DNA of 64,000 nucleotides from Dehalococcoidia bacterium (GTDB lineage Bacteria; Chloroflexota; Dehalococcoidia; Lucifugimonadales; UBA3495): contig OZ247426.1 of NCBI GenBank assembly GCA_965232835.1, positions 1,628,974 to 1,692,973 on the forward strand, read 5' to 3'. The notes beneath the pieces were generated by a model. It worked only from the letters and a program-made list of their open reading frames with translations. It searched no databases and was not told where the DNA came from. Positions 30,007 to 39,259 of the stretch are shown in pieces; positions within the stretch are counted from its first letter, which is position 1; the number at the start of each line of letters is the position of its first letter. Position numbers and translations under genes: made by a program.

Positions 30007-30587
30007 GGCGGGAGCGCCCAGACACGCCGGTCAGCCCGTTGAATTCACCCAGCGTTTGACGTGCATGACGCGCCGGAATTGACGCTTGATGACCTGAAAG
30101 CCCGGCCCTCGGATTCGGCCTCCCGGAATATCCTGCGGTTGATGGCGAGGAGATTCTCGCCGCCCTGCCGATCAAGGACCTAATCGTAGAACATCTACAC
30201 GCTGTTTAGCATCTTTGGACCGGCGCTGTCTGGAGGCAGACCCGTACCGCCGACATCCGCGCGTACACCTGCTGCCCATGTGCCCTCCCCGGTGACACCT
30301 GCCTGCTGACGGCGGCCGCCCCCGGCTGCTACGCTGGAAGTACGATTCTTCACGCCAGCGCCTCCTGGACGCCCTGGTCCGGCTGCCCTTTGGTCAACAA
30401 CGGCGAACTGGCCCTGACCCGGGGCGAACGGCCGGCAACGGTCCACGCGCCCTGGCCTTGGCTGGCTGAAAGACGGCCTCGCGCATACCACAAAACTCGT
30501 CCAAACGTAATTCCTTGGAGGGCATCATGTGCAAGCAATTTCTCCCGGACAATGAAACCTTGGCCCATTGCGCCATGAGGAATGCGT

Positions 30588-32609
30588 ATGCAAACGAAGC
30601 AGTCGGCAACGCCGGCGCCGACCAATATCACGAAAGAGGAAGACCAGGGTCTCCACGACGCCACCCGCCGCTACGTGCAGGCCCACCAGCAGCGACACGG
30701 ACAACGGAAGACCGCCGAGGCCCTGGGCGTATCCCGCCACACCCTGTGGCGCTACCTGGAGCGAGGCCAGTCTGGGCGCGCCGTGCCCGCCGCCGTTATG
30801 AACTCCGTGGGCAAGAACGTCCGGGACATTGAGGCGGCCACGCTGGAGATCATCATCGACCTGGAGGGGCTGCGTCCCGACCCGGCCCTGCGCCCCCTGC
30901 GCCGGAGACTGGAGGGCGCGCTGCTGCTGGTGTGCGCCACGCCCCTTGCTACCGTGGATGAACTGGCCCGCTTTGAACGTGTTCCCGCATCCACGCTGCG
31001 CGAGCGGCTGGACAAGCTGGTCAACCGCGGCCTGGTGGATACCGCATCCCACCACCTGGGCGCCCTGGGATCACGCCCCCAGCGCCGCTACTTTCCCACG
31101 GACAAAGGCGTCACCGCCGCCGGCGCCGCCACCCAGGGCCGCAAGCACATGCTGACGGCCTACCCGGTATCGAAGCAGTGGTTCCGGCTGCTGTCCGAGC
31201 GACTGGACGCCGTGGCGGTGCTCTACCGCGTCGCCGCCATGGTGGCCGATGCCGACCAGCATCAAAACCCGGTGCGGGTGGACCACTACCGCCACGGCCC
31301 CTACGATCTGCTGCTCACTCTGTCCGGGGGCCTTACCATCGGCGTGATACGCCACGGACCGGCATTGCCCGGCTCCAACCTGCGCTACCGGCTGCGCAGC
31401 ATCGAGCATCTGCCCAGCGGCGAGAGGCCCTTCCTCACCCTGGTACTGACCCACGCCGACCAGGCAACCCGCCGGGCCGTACGCGCCCTGGGCGACCCCA
31501 CGGAACACCGCCGAACTTTCGTCGCCACCGAGGGAGAGCTGCTGGCCGGGGATCACACCGGCGTGGTCTGGCAGCAGTGCGGTAGCGGCCTGGGCCAGGA
31601 CCCTCCAGTGAACATCGCGCCCGAGACCAGCCTGGCGGCCATCCTGCCGTGGGCGGAGGGACTGCTGGACTCGTCCCACCAATCCCGGCGCGACGACCCC
31701 AGGCCCGACCCCGACGCGATCTATCCCGACGGCGTGCAAGCATCCATGCCGGAGCCCGCCCAGCAACTGGCGTCGTCCCTGGCGGTGCAACTGACCCGGG
31801 CCGAGAAGGACGCGCTGGACCTGCTTTGCGCCTGGCCGTTGTGCACCCGGCAGCAGCTGGCCGGACTGATGGGCGGCGTCACCCTGCGCCGGGTCAACCA
31901 GGTGCTCCGCTCGCTCCGGCAACACGACCTGGTTCGGGAGGACGATTCCCGGCTCACGCTCACCGATCGGCGGCTGACCTGCCTGGCCCGCCGGGACCGG
32001 GCCGCCGTGGGCCTCATCCTGGACCGCTGGACCGCCCAGCCCTCCCTCTCCAACCCATCGGTCTACGCCGGAAGCGCCCTGCGCGCCCTGGCCTCCCAGA
32101 TGAGCCACCACTGCGGCGTGACCAACTTTGCCGCCGGCCTGAGCGCCGAGGTGGCCCGTTCCCAGGATTACGACCTGTTCGACCTGCTGCCGACCCACCG
32201 CGGCAGCATCGGATACCGCTGCCACCGGACCAACTACGTGATCCATCCCGACGCCTCCTTCACCCTGGAGTACAAAGGCAAATGGCTTCCCTTCCTGCTG
32301 GAGTTCGAGCGAAGGGCCACGACACCCCAACGCATTCCCCAGCGGCTGGCGTCCTATCAACGCTACTTTCAGAGCGGCTGGGCCCAACGGGACCACGGGG
32401 GCCGCCTGCCCGTGGTGCTGTTCGTGTTCGAGACTCCGGAGAGCGAGGCGGCCTTCCTGGACGTGTCCGACGGCACGGAGGGGCTGGACGTGATCACCTC
32501 CAACGCGGAGGCACTGGCGGAACGGGGCGTCCTGGGGGAGGCGTGGACATTTCCGCCGCCCCACCCCCTGGACCGTATGCCGGTGGCCGGATTGTACCCA
32601 GTTCCATAA
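30588..32609 (+). CDS. replication-relaxation family protein (copy 2)
   Basis: Colinear with 25181..27202 (LGVSRHTLWRYLERG...IHPDASFTLEYKGKWLPFLLEFERRATTPQRIPQRLASYQRYF...LPVVLFVFET). It is preceded by the same conserved leader of about 100 nt. Confidence 0.7.
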   Translation: MQTKQSATPAPTNITKEEDQGLHDATRRYVQAHQQRHGQRKTAEALGVSRHTLWRYLERGQSGRAVPAAVMNSVGKNVRDIEAATLEIIIDLEGLRPDPALRPLRRRLEGALLLVCATPLATVDELARFERVPASTLRERLDKLVNRGLVDTASHHLGALGSRPQRRYFPTDKGVTAAGAATQGRKHMLTAYPVSKQWFRLLSERLDAVAVLYRVAAMVADADQHQNPVRVDHYRHGPYDLLLTLSGGLTIGVIRHGPALPGSNLRYRLRSIEHLPSGERPFLTLVLTHADQATRRAVRALGDPTEHRRTFVATEGELLAGDHTGVVWQQCGSGLGQDPPVNIAPETSLAAILPWAEGLLDSSHQSRRDDPRPDPDAIYPDGVQASMPEPAQQLASSLAVQLTRAEKDALDLLCAWPLCTRQQLAGLMGGVTLRRVNQVLRSLRQHDLVREDDSRLTLTDRRLTCLARRDRAAVGLILDRWTAQPSLSNPSVYAGSALRALASQMSHHCGVTNFAAGLSAEVARSQDYDLFDLLPTHRGSIGYRCHRTNYVIHPDASFTLEYKGKWLPFLLEFERRATTPQRIPQRLASYQRYFQSGWAQRDHGGRLPVVLFVFETPESEAAFLDVSDGTEGLDVITSNAEALAERGVLGEAWTFPPPHPLDRMPVAGLYPVP

Positions 32610-33060
32610 ATACAATTTCCCTGCGCCGGGGATTTCCTGTAGGGGTGGTCCAACGGCCACGATTGGACAAAATTCCCGCAACTTGCCGCCATCGTGTCCC
32701 GTTACATCCCCGCCACTGCAATGTGTTGCAGGGCCGATGCGTCAGGCCGCCACCGCAGAGATACCATACTCAACCAACCGGGTATGCAATCCAGGTACGA
32801 ATGCCAGCGACAAACACCGGGCCACGGAATCTGTCCGATAGGGACAAGATGACGTCGAGCGTGTCCAAAAGGGTCAGCGGAGCCGTTCCCTGGGCTTCCA
32901 ACAGTGCCCAAAAGGGAAGCCGTTATCATTCCTGTGTCTGCGTGCAACAGGTCGAAAGGGTGCGAAATGTTGCAGGTCGTGGACCCGGCGGACACGCTCG
33001 TCATTCTCCGCCGCCGGCGTGCCGAACATCGGTTGTCCGCTGTCATACAGTAAGACAACG

Positions 33061-33069
33061 TGGTATAAT
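33061..33069 (+). promoter_or_regulatory. extended -10 promoter element for the RHH-recombinase operon
   Basis: TGGTATAAT (TGnTATAAT) lies 21 nt upstream of the AAGGAG RBS of the RHH gene. Confidence 0.4.
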
Positions 33070-33089
33070 TGGTAATGCAAGGAGCGTTC

Positions 33090-33317
33090 ATGGCCCCCCT
33101 GATATCCAGGAACACCGAGACCGTCACTTTCTCATTGCCCCCGCCTATGGCCCAGAGCCTGAGGCAAGTGGCGAAGGAGGAGGAGCGCACCGTGAGCGAG
33201 CTCTTGCGGGAGGCCATCCGCCTCTACATGGAGGAACGGGAGTGGCGCGTGAAGGAGCGGATGCAGCGGCGGTCCCGCCGGGCGAGCGAGGCTGAGACTA
33301 CGGGAGACGAAACATGA
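33090..33317 (+). CDS. ribbon-helix-helix (CopG/ParD-like) DNA-binding protein
   Basis: MAPLISRNTETVTFSLPPPMAQSLRQVAKEEERTVSELLREAIRLYMEE has the classic beta-strand plus two-helix RHH pattern. Its stop overlaps the recombinase start (ATGA). Confidence 0.7.
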   Translation: MAPLISRNTETVTFSLPPPMAQSLRQVAKEEERTVSELLREAIRLYMEEREWRVKERMQRRSRRASEAETTGDET

Positions 33318-35008
33318 ACGAGAGCAGCAAAGGAGGCGAGATGAAAAACCGGCAGTTCCAACCCCTGACCCCGGCGGCCCTCTACGCCCGGGTCTCCAGC
33401 GACCGCCAGGACGTGGACCTGTCCGTGGCCGCCCAATTGCGGGCGCTCAGGGACTACGCCAAGAGCAACGGCTACGCCGTGGCCCGCGAGTACGTGGACG
33501 AGGCCGAGAGCGGCAGAATCGCCGACCGGCCCCAGTTCCGCCGGATGATCGATGAGGGGAGCAAGGCTGCGGCCCCGTTTGAGGTGATTCTCGTTTGGAA
33601 ATTTTCAAGATTCACCCGCAAGCGCGAACACGCCGTGGCCTTCAAGTCCATGCTCCGCAGGAAGGGCATCCGCGTGGTGTCCATCACCGAGCACGCCGAC
33701 GACTCCCCCACCGGCAAGCTGATGGAGGCCATCATTGAGTCCGTGGACGAGTTCTACTCGGAAAATCTTGCCGAAGAGGTAAAGCGGGGGATGCGGGAGG
33801 CCGCCTCCCGGGGCTACTTCCTGGCCTCCAAGGCCCCCTTCGGCTACAACCGCATCAAGGTCAGCGACGGGGTAAAGGACCGCCCCACCCTGGAGGTTGA
33901 CCCGGCGGCCGCCCCCATAGTCAGGGAGATATTCGAGAGCTCCCGCCGGGGCAACGGGCTGGCGGAAATCTGCAAGGAACTGAACGGCCGGGGCATCACC
34001 AACCGGGGCAGGCGCTGGCAGAAGAACGTCATACACTACCTGCTGACCAATGAAGCCTACACGGGGACGGCCGTTTGGGGAGTCAAGAGCAAGGACGAGA
34101 AGGCGGGAGAGCCGGTGCGAGTGGAGAACGCCTGGCCCGCTCTGGTGTCCCGGGAGACTTTCGAGGCGGTGCAGCAGGGGTTGCACCAGCGGGCGCCCAC
34201 GGTGGCGCGGCCCGGACGGGTGGGGAGCCAGTACCTGCTGAGCGGTCTGCTCCGCTGCGGTGTGTGCGGCAAGCCCTATTCGGCCCAGGGAGCCAAGAGC
34301 GGCCGGTTCGCCTACTACGTCTGCGCCAGCCTGTTCCGCGAGGGAGCGGGAGCGTGCAGCAACGGGCGCTACCTGAACGCCACCAAGGTGGAGGACCTGG
34401 TGATCGAGAAGGTCAGGGAGCGGATACTCACCGAGGAGACCATCACCGAGTTGGTGACCCTGGTGGCCGAGGAGATCGACAACCTGGCCGGTGAGGTCAA
34501 CGGCAGGCTGACCGCCATCAACAGCGAGCTATCGGACGTGGACACCCGGTTGGAGAATCTCTACCAGGCGTTGGAGACCAAGCAGTTGCCCATTGAGGTG
34601 ATCTCGCCCCGCATCCTGTCCCTGAAGAGCCGCCAGGACCAGCTTACGGCGGCGCGGGAGGGGGCCGAGGCCCAGTTGGAGCAGCGGCGGGCGGAGTTGC
34701 CCACCAGCAGGGAGATCAAGGGGTACGTGGCTGACTTCCGCGCTCTCTTCCAAGATGGGACGTTCCCGGAGCGGAAGGCCCTCATTCGCAACTTCGTGCA
34801 GGGCATTGAGATCGTGGAGGACGAGGCGGTTCTGACGTACACCATCCCCATGCCGCAGGATGGAGTGACGTCGGAATCGGCCTCGGTTCTTGATTTCGTC
34901 CAGTCCGGCCCAGCTGACTGGGATCGAACTAATGCCCAGTGCTTCAGGGTCGAGGGTCGCGGACCAACCAATCTTCTTCCCAAAACCATTCCGACCTTAC
35001 GGTTATGA
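33314..35008 (+). CDS. large serine recombinase (resolvase N-terminal domain, recombinase domain, zinc ribbon, coiled coil)
   Basis: AALYARVSSDRQD catalytic serine motif, ...VILVWKFSRFTRK, GLLRCGVCGKPY...YYVCAS zinc ribbon, and a C-terminal coiled coil. Confidence 0.9.
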   Translation: MNESSKGGEMKNRQFQPLTPAALYARVSSDRQDVDLSVAAQLRALRDYAKSNGYAVAREYVDEAESGRIADRPQFRRMIDEGSKAAAPFEVILVWKFSRFTRKREHAVAFKSMLRRKGIRVVSITEHADDSPTGKLMEAIIESVDEFYSENLAEEVKRGMREAASRGYFLASKAPFGYNRIKVSDGVKDRPTLEVDPAAAPIVREIFESSRRGNGLAEICKELNGRGITNRGRRWQKNVIHYLLTNEAYTGTAVWGVKSKDEKAGEPVRVENAWPALVSRETFEAVQQGLHQRAPTVARPGRVGSQYLLSGLLRCGVCGKPYSAQGAKSGRFAYYVCASLFREGAGACSNGRYLNATKVEDLVIEKVRERILTEETITELVTLVAEEIDNLAGEVNGRLTAINSELSDVDTRLENLYQALETKQLPIEVISPRILSLKSRQDQLTAAREGAEAQLEQRRAELPTSREIKGYVADFRALFQDGTFPERKALIRNFVQGIEIVEDEAVLTYTIPMPQDGVTSESASVLDFVQSGPADWDRTNAQCFRVEGRGPTNLLPKTIPTLRL

Positions 35009-35067
35009 CCGCGTTGCGAAACGCGAGATTGACCCTTCTCGAGAACATATCCAGTTGCCCTATCGAT

Positions 35068-35394
35068 TCAGGAGCGACTCAACCTCCACCAACGGTCTTC
35101 CTTCACCCAAGCTTCCTGGTCGCGGTTCCATCCGATTTTCTGGATGGTCTGGCGGATGATATCCAGTCGGTACACCCTGTCCCCGAATAGCGTGGCCCGG
35201 ACGTTCAGGTATCCCCTTGCGCCGTGCTTGAGGTGGAAAGTGCACCGAGGCGTTGCTACTGTGTTGGCATACCGGTATCGGCCTCCGAGCGTACCGGTGA
35301 TGTAGAGGCGGCTGTCAATGTCGTGGAACCGTTTTTCCGTGCGGCGGCAATGCCCGGTTTTCCGTCCGGTGGTGGTGTCGATGTTGCGGTCCAA
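35068..35394 (-). CDS. nitroreductase/quinone-reductase (deazaflavin-dependent, DUF385-type) family protein, apparently N-terminally short
   Basis: IDTTTGRKTGHCRRTEKRFHDIDSRLYITGTLGGRYRYANTVATPRCTFHLKHG resembles the TTGRKSG...FH..G..YI.G core of this family. It has a TTG start, with an in-frame stop only 7 codons upstream. Confidence 0.5.
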   Translation of the reverse strand: MDRNIDTTTGRKTGHCRRTEKRFHDIDSRLYITGTLGGRYRYANTVATPRCTFHLKHGARGYLNVRATLFGDRVYRLDIIRQTIQKIGWNRDQEAWVKEDRWWRLSRS

Positions 35395-35483
35395 CTCCAG
35401 GCGGGCCGCTTGGCCTCATCCGTATTCAGTCGCCGCCGTAACCTTCGGGTTGAAGTTCCAAGACGCGTTCCCCTTTCCGCTTC

Positions 35484-36440
35484 TTAACCGGACACTGATT
35501 GAGAAACCTTACCCAAGAGTTCCAGGGTGCGGATAAGGGAACCGTCTCGCTCGACTCCGGCAGCCACGGGGGAAGCCATAACCTCGGTGGCGCCCATTTC
35601 CAGCAATTTCAGCAGCCCTTCCTCTACCTGCTCCTCTGTTCCTGACACCGCGACAGCATCCACCATCCCGGGGCTCCACACGCCTTCCGATACCTCTGGA
35701 AACCCGGCGTTGTTGAACATGTTCCGGTAGAAAGGAGCCCGAGCGAATCCCCTGAACTGTGTTGCGATCGCCTCTTGTGCCTCCCAGGGGTCGTCGTGGA
35801 CACAGACAGGCACGTGCGCGATCAGAGGAGGCATGTCACGGTCAGCCCGTTCGGCGCCGCGCCGCATAGCCGGCAGGGCGACGTCCCTCAGGTACGCCCC
35901 TGGACACACCCAGCTGATGGCGCCGTCGGCTTCAGCCCCGCACATCTCGAACGCACTCTCACCAAGAGCTGCAGCCATCACTGGCACGTCGACTGCGGGC
36001 ATGTTGGTGTGGGCTTCGTAATAGCGCCCGGAGTAGTCCACTGACCCCTCTTGGAGCAACGCCTTGAGGATGTGCACATACTCGCTGAGATGGGCCAACG
36101 GCGCCCGAGAGTTGATTCCTAGGGACTGTTCGACCCCTCCTTGGCCGCTGGTGCCCAGGCCCAGCCGGAACCGGCCGGGAGCCAGTTGGGCGAGGGTCAG
36201 GACCTGCTGGGCGACGGCGATGGGATGTCTCGGGAAGGTCTGAGTGATTGCTGTGCCGAGCAAAACGCTGTGGGTGCGGGTTCCAGCAGCTGTAAAGACT
36301 CCGATGCTGTCTCCCCCGCCCGTACTGCCGCTGGTCATCCAGGCGGCAGCAATACCGCGACTTTCGAGATCCTCCACGGCATTCAGGGCGGCTTTGCTAT
36401 CGCCTGCAGTTACCACCATACCGATTCTCTGCTGGGCCAT
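35484..36440 (-). CDS. LLM-class (luciferase-like) flavin/F420-dependent oxidoreductase
   Basis: LGTAITQTFPRHPIAVAQQVLTLAQLAPGRFRLGLGTSG is typical of luciferase-like monooxygenase-family proteins. Confidence 0.75.
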   Translation of the reverse strand: MAQQRIGMVVTAGDSKAALNAVEDLESRGIAAAWMTSGSTGGGDSIGVFTAAGTRTHSVLLGTAITQTFPRHPIAVAQQVLTLAQLAPGRFRLGLGTSGQGGVEQSLGINSRAPLAHLSEYVHILKALLQEGSVDYSGRYYEAHTNMPAVDVPVMAAALGESAFEMCGAEADGAISWVCPGAYLRDVALPAMRRGAERADRDMPPLIAHVPVCVHDDPWEAQEAIATQFRGFARAPFYRNMFNNAGFPEVSEGVWSPGMVDAVAVSGTEEQVEEGLLKLLEMGATEVMASPVAAGVERDGSLIRTLELLGKVSQSVSG

Positions 36441-36600
36441 GTCATCCCCTTCAATCTTGACGTGGGCAATACTGCCGCTGCCGTGAGTGTAGGAGGGACA
36501 ATCCTGCCGGTCAACAATGCATGGTTCCGCGGGCGGGTGGTTTCAGGGGAGGAGGGCGACTGGGCGATAGCGATTTGCTGGAGATGGAAATCCCCGGTGA

Positions 36601-37443
36601 TCATGGTGCCAGTGTAGTGAGACGGTAGTCGGGTCTGTCCGAATCGGGTAACACGGTGAGGTCGGCGGTGGCGAGCCCCGTGTACACCAGCACGGATGTT
36701 ATTCCCATCTGGTTGGCACCCCGGATATCGGTGCCCGGATTGTCTCCGACCATTACAACATTGCGAGTGCCGCAACGGCTAATGGCTTCCTCGAATATTG
36801 CGGGATGCGGTTTGCCGAGGCGAGCGAACTTTAGGTCCGGCCGGTGCCGGTAGCGCTGGGCCAGGGTTGATTCGAACATTCCCGCCACCGCTCCGCTGGC
36901 GAATGAGTAGCCGTCGCCCTCGGGATAAATGAGGTCAGGATTGGGCAAGACCATGCAGGGAGTCTCTCCGCGGTCGATCTGGCGGAATAAATTGCTGAGC
37001 ACTTTTCGAGTTGCCTTCAGGAATGGGAATCCCTCTTGGTCGCCGATGACAAGCACATTGAATTCATCCGCGAAAGGCACCACCTCGCCGCCGGCCTGCT
37101 GTACGTAGCCGGCACTATCCTCCGTTCCAAGCACGACACACTTGGAGCCGACCAGGTCCATAGTCGAGAAGTAGTCCTTCAGGAGGAGACCGGAGGTAAT
37201 TATCCTGCTTGGGTCGATATCCAACCCCAGCTTTGAGTACCGGACCGAGCGGGTCTCGGGAAGGGCGGAGGCATCATTGGTCAGTACGAAAAAGGGCTTT
37301 CCCAGAGAGTTGAGGTGGGCTATTGCTTCGGGAGCTCCTGGAACAGCGGAAGGCCAGCGTGTCAGCACTCCATCGGAATCGAAAAGGATTACCTCGAATC
37401 GAGCTACCAGTTCTTCCAAAGATGTCAGCGGAATCATCATCAC
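36601..37443 (-). CDS. HAD-superfamily hydrolase, subfamily IIA
   Basis: ILFDSDGVL (motif I), FVLTNDAS (motif II), ...GKPHPAIFEEA...VMVGDNPGTDIRGA (motifs III-IV). Confidence 0.8.
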   Translation of the reverse strand: MMMIPLTSLEELVARFEVILFDSDGVLTRWPSAVPGAPEAIAHLNSLGKPFFVLTNDASALPETRSVRYSKLGLDIDPSRIITSGLLLKDYFSTMDLVGSKCVVLGTEDSAGYVQQAGGEVVPFADEFNVLVIGDQEGFPFLKATRKVLSNLFRQIDRGETPCMVLPNPDLIYPEGDGYSFASGAVAGMFESTLAQRYRHRPDLKFARLGKPHPAIFEEAISRCGTRNVVMVGDNPGTDIRGANQMGITSVLVYTGLATADLTVLPDSDRPDYRLTTLAP

Positions 37444-37627
37444 ATCTCAATCCTCGTGATTTGCAAACAATGGTGGGGGAAGCTGACGGCATGGTGGGAC
37501 ACTTGAAGGCTGGTGGTGTCCCAATGCTCAACGGAGAACGGGCGACTTTGCAAAACAAATACCTGGCGTGTGTTGATTTCCTGTGCTGGACATTTGCTAT
37601 GGGTTTCTATACGGTTGGTTCCGCGGG

Positions 37628-37927
37628 TCATTGCAGCTTGCTTCGGGGAAATCTCGTTTCAGGAATTTGTGGAAGAGGAGTCAGCATTACGGGCCAGCGT
37701 GAAGTTTCCTTTGCGGATTCCACGAGGTATTCCTCCAGGGCAACATCAACGTCGATTTCTTCGTATTCAAAGTTGAAGGCGGCTTTCACGTCCTGGGGAC
37801 AGATGACGCTGGCTGTGGCGTTGTTTTCCCGTCCGATACGGCGCGGTTCCTCCCGTTCTTCGGGTGTCATTTTGAGGCGCCGGTAGCAGCGGGCCGTGGC
37901 GCATTTGACGGATATTTTACGAGACAT
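37628..37927 (-). CDS. small conserved Cys-containing protein of unknown function (copy 1)
   Basis: MSRKISVKCATARCYRRLKMTPEEREEPRRIGRENNATASVICPQDVKAAFNFEYEEIDVDV...RWPVMLTPLP. It is a paralog of 57967..58284. The two copies show conservative, coding-type divergence, and the 5' UTR block TCGCCTGGC is conserved. Confidence 0.6.
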   Translation of the reverse strand: MSRKISVKCATARCYRRLKMTPEEREEPRRIGRENNATASVICPQDVKAAFNFEYEEIDVDVALEEYLVESAKETSRWPVMLTPLPQIPETRFPRSKLQ

Positions 37928-39259
37928 AGGACCTTAGCCAATAATGCCAGGCGATGGTGCAATGCGCCGTCGGGTTCGGGGGCAGATCCAGATGTATTGG
38001 GGGATCGAGTGGTTGCCTGTCCGATCAGGCACTTGGCTATCGGCGCTTTCGGTATAGGTTAAGCTTTCCTCTGTCGAGACGAATGTTATATCGCTGGTTC
38101 TAACCTAGGCACTATTGAGCGCAGTGTCATTATGGGACCATGAGAAAGTCCCAGCCTTGTATACCACGATGATATCGAGAGCAGATACGTCATGAGCGGC
38201 CTATCCCATAGTCCGGTCAAAGTCGGATCTATCGGGTGCGCCGTCGTGGTAGCGGACAACAACGTCAAGCTCGGGCGCCCTGCAGGATTCCTCGCAGTGA
38301 TGGACTTGAAGCTCTATGGACTACTCTCCGCTGGGATAGCCAGCGGATTCCTTGACTTAGATGGCAGGGCGTTTTGAGCGCCCAATTGTCATTTGGTGCG
38401 CCTCCTTTTGTGCTAGTTATAGGGGTGAGGAATGGCCGATATCGCTTGCGTCGACTCGGGAAGCTTTTCATCAACCGCAATCGGACTGTGCTTCCGACGT
38501 CCGCGCGGGTCCGTGAATCTTCAACGGTTTGGTGTCATCCAAGAATGCGGCGCATTCAGCGGGCTGGCTCAGTGGAGGCGAAATGGGGGCACTGCGTTGG
38601 CGTCGGGTGTTGTTCTCTCCTCAGGAGGTATCAATCCTCTGTGAATTGCCTGCTAGGCTCTGTGGCAGTTCAGGCGCGGCCGGTGTCGAGGTTCGGCACT
38701 GGCCACGTCCAAGGAAAATCAGGCCATCAGGGTGTTCGGGTCGATCAGCTAGTACTACAGTTGCATATGGGACAGGCGCCTTACAAAGTCGATTGAAAGG
38801 GAGCTCGTTTATGAGGGGCTGGCCCGCCCGAAGGTATCGTCCCCCCAACATTCAATGTTGCCATCGGGCCGCAGTCCGCAGCTGTGTTCCTCGCCTACGG
38901 TGACCGCCTTGAAGATGCCCGGCGGCGGTTGGTCATTGATGCGACTGGACCCCCAGCATCCTAAATGGCCGCCGTGCCACAATGCACATGAAAATCCCTG
39001 TCCACTGTCCAAGGCCTTGAGGTCGCCGTCAGGTACACTTTCCGGCCCGCCTCCCCATGCTCTCATGGCCAAGGTAGCCTCCTCGTCCTCCCAGCACAGG
39101 TTGGTGCCGTCGGGTTGCGGTTCACAGCTCGTGACCTCTTCGTCCGCTCCTCCCACAATGCCCCCCCAGCACCTGATCTCCCCGTCGGGCCTGAACCCGC
39201 AGGTATGGTAGCCCCCGGCGTTGATGACCTCGAATGGTCCGTCCGGAGGCGTCGCCTGG

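Noticed and set aside
35009-35067. An attachment-site core for the serine recombinase in the 60-bp gap after its stop codon (contains the small palindrome CGCGTTgcgaAACGCG).
   Set aside because: No matching partner sequence was found at any candidate left boundary in the window, so the att sites cannot be defined from this sequence alone.
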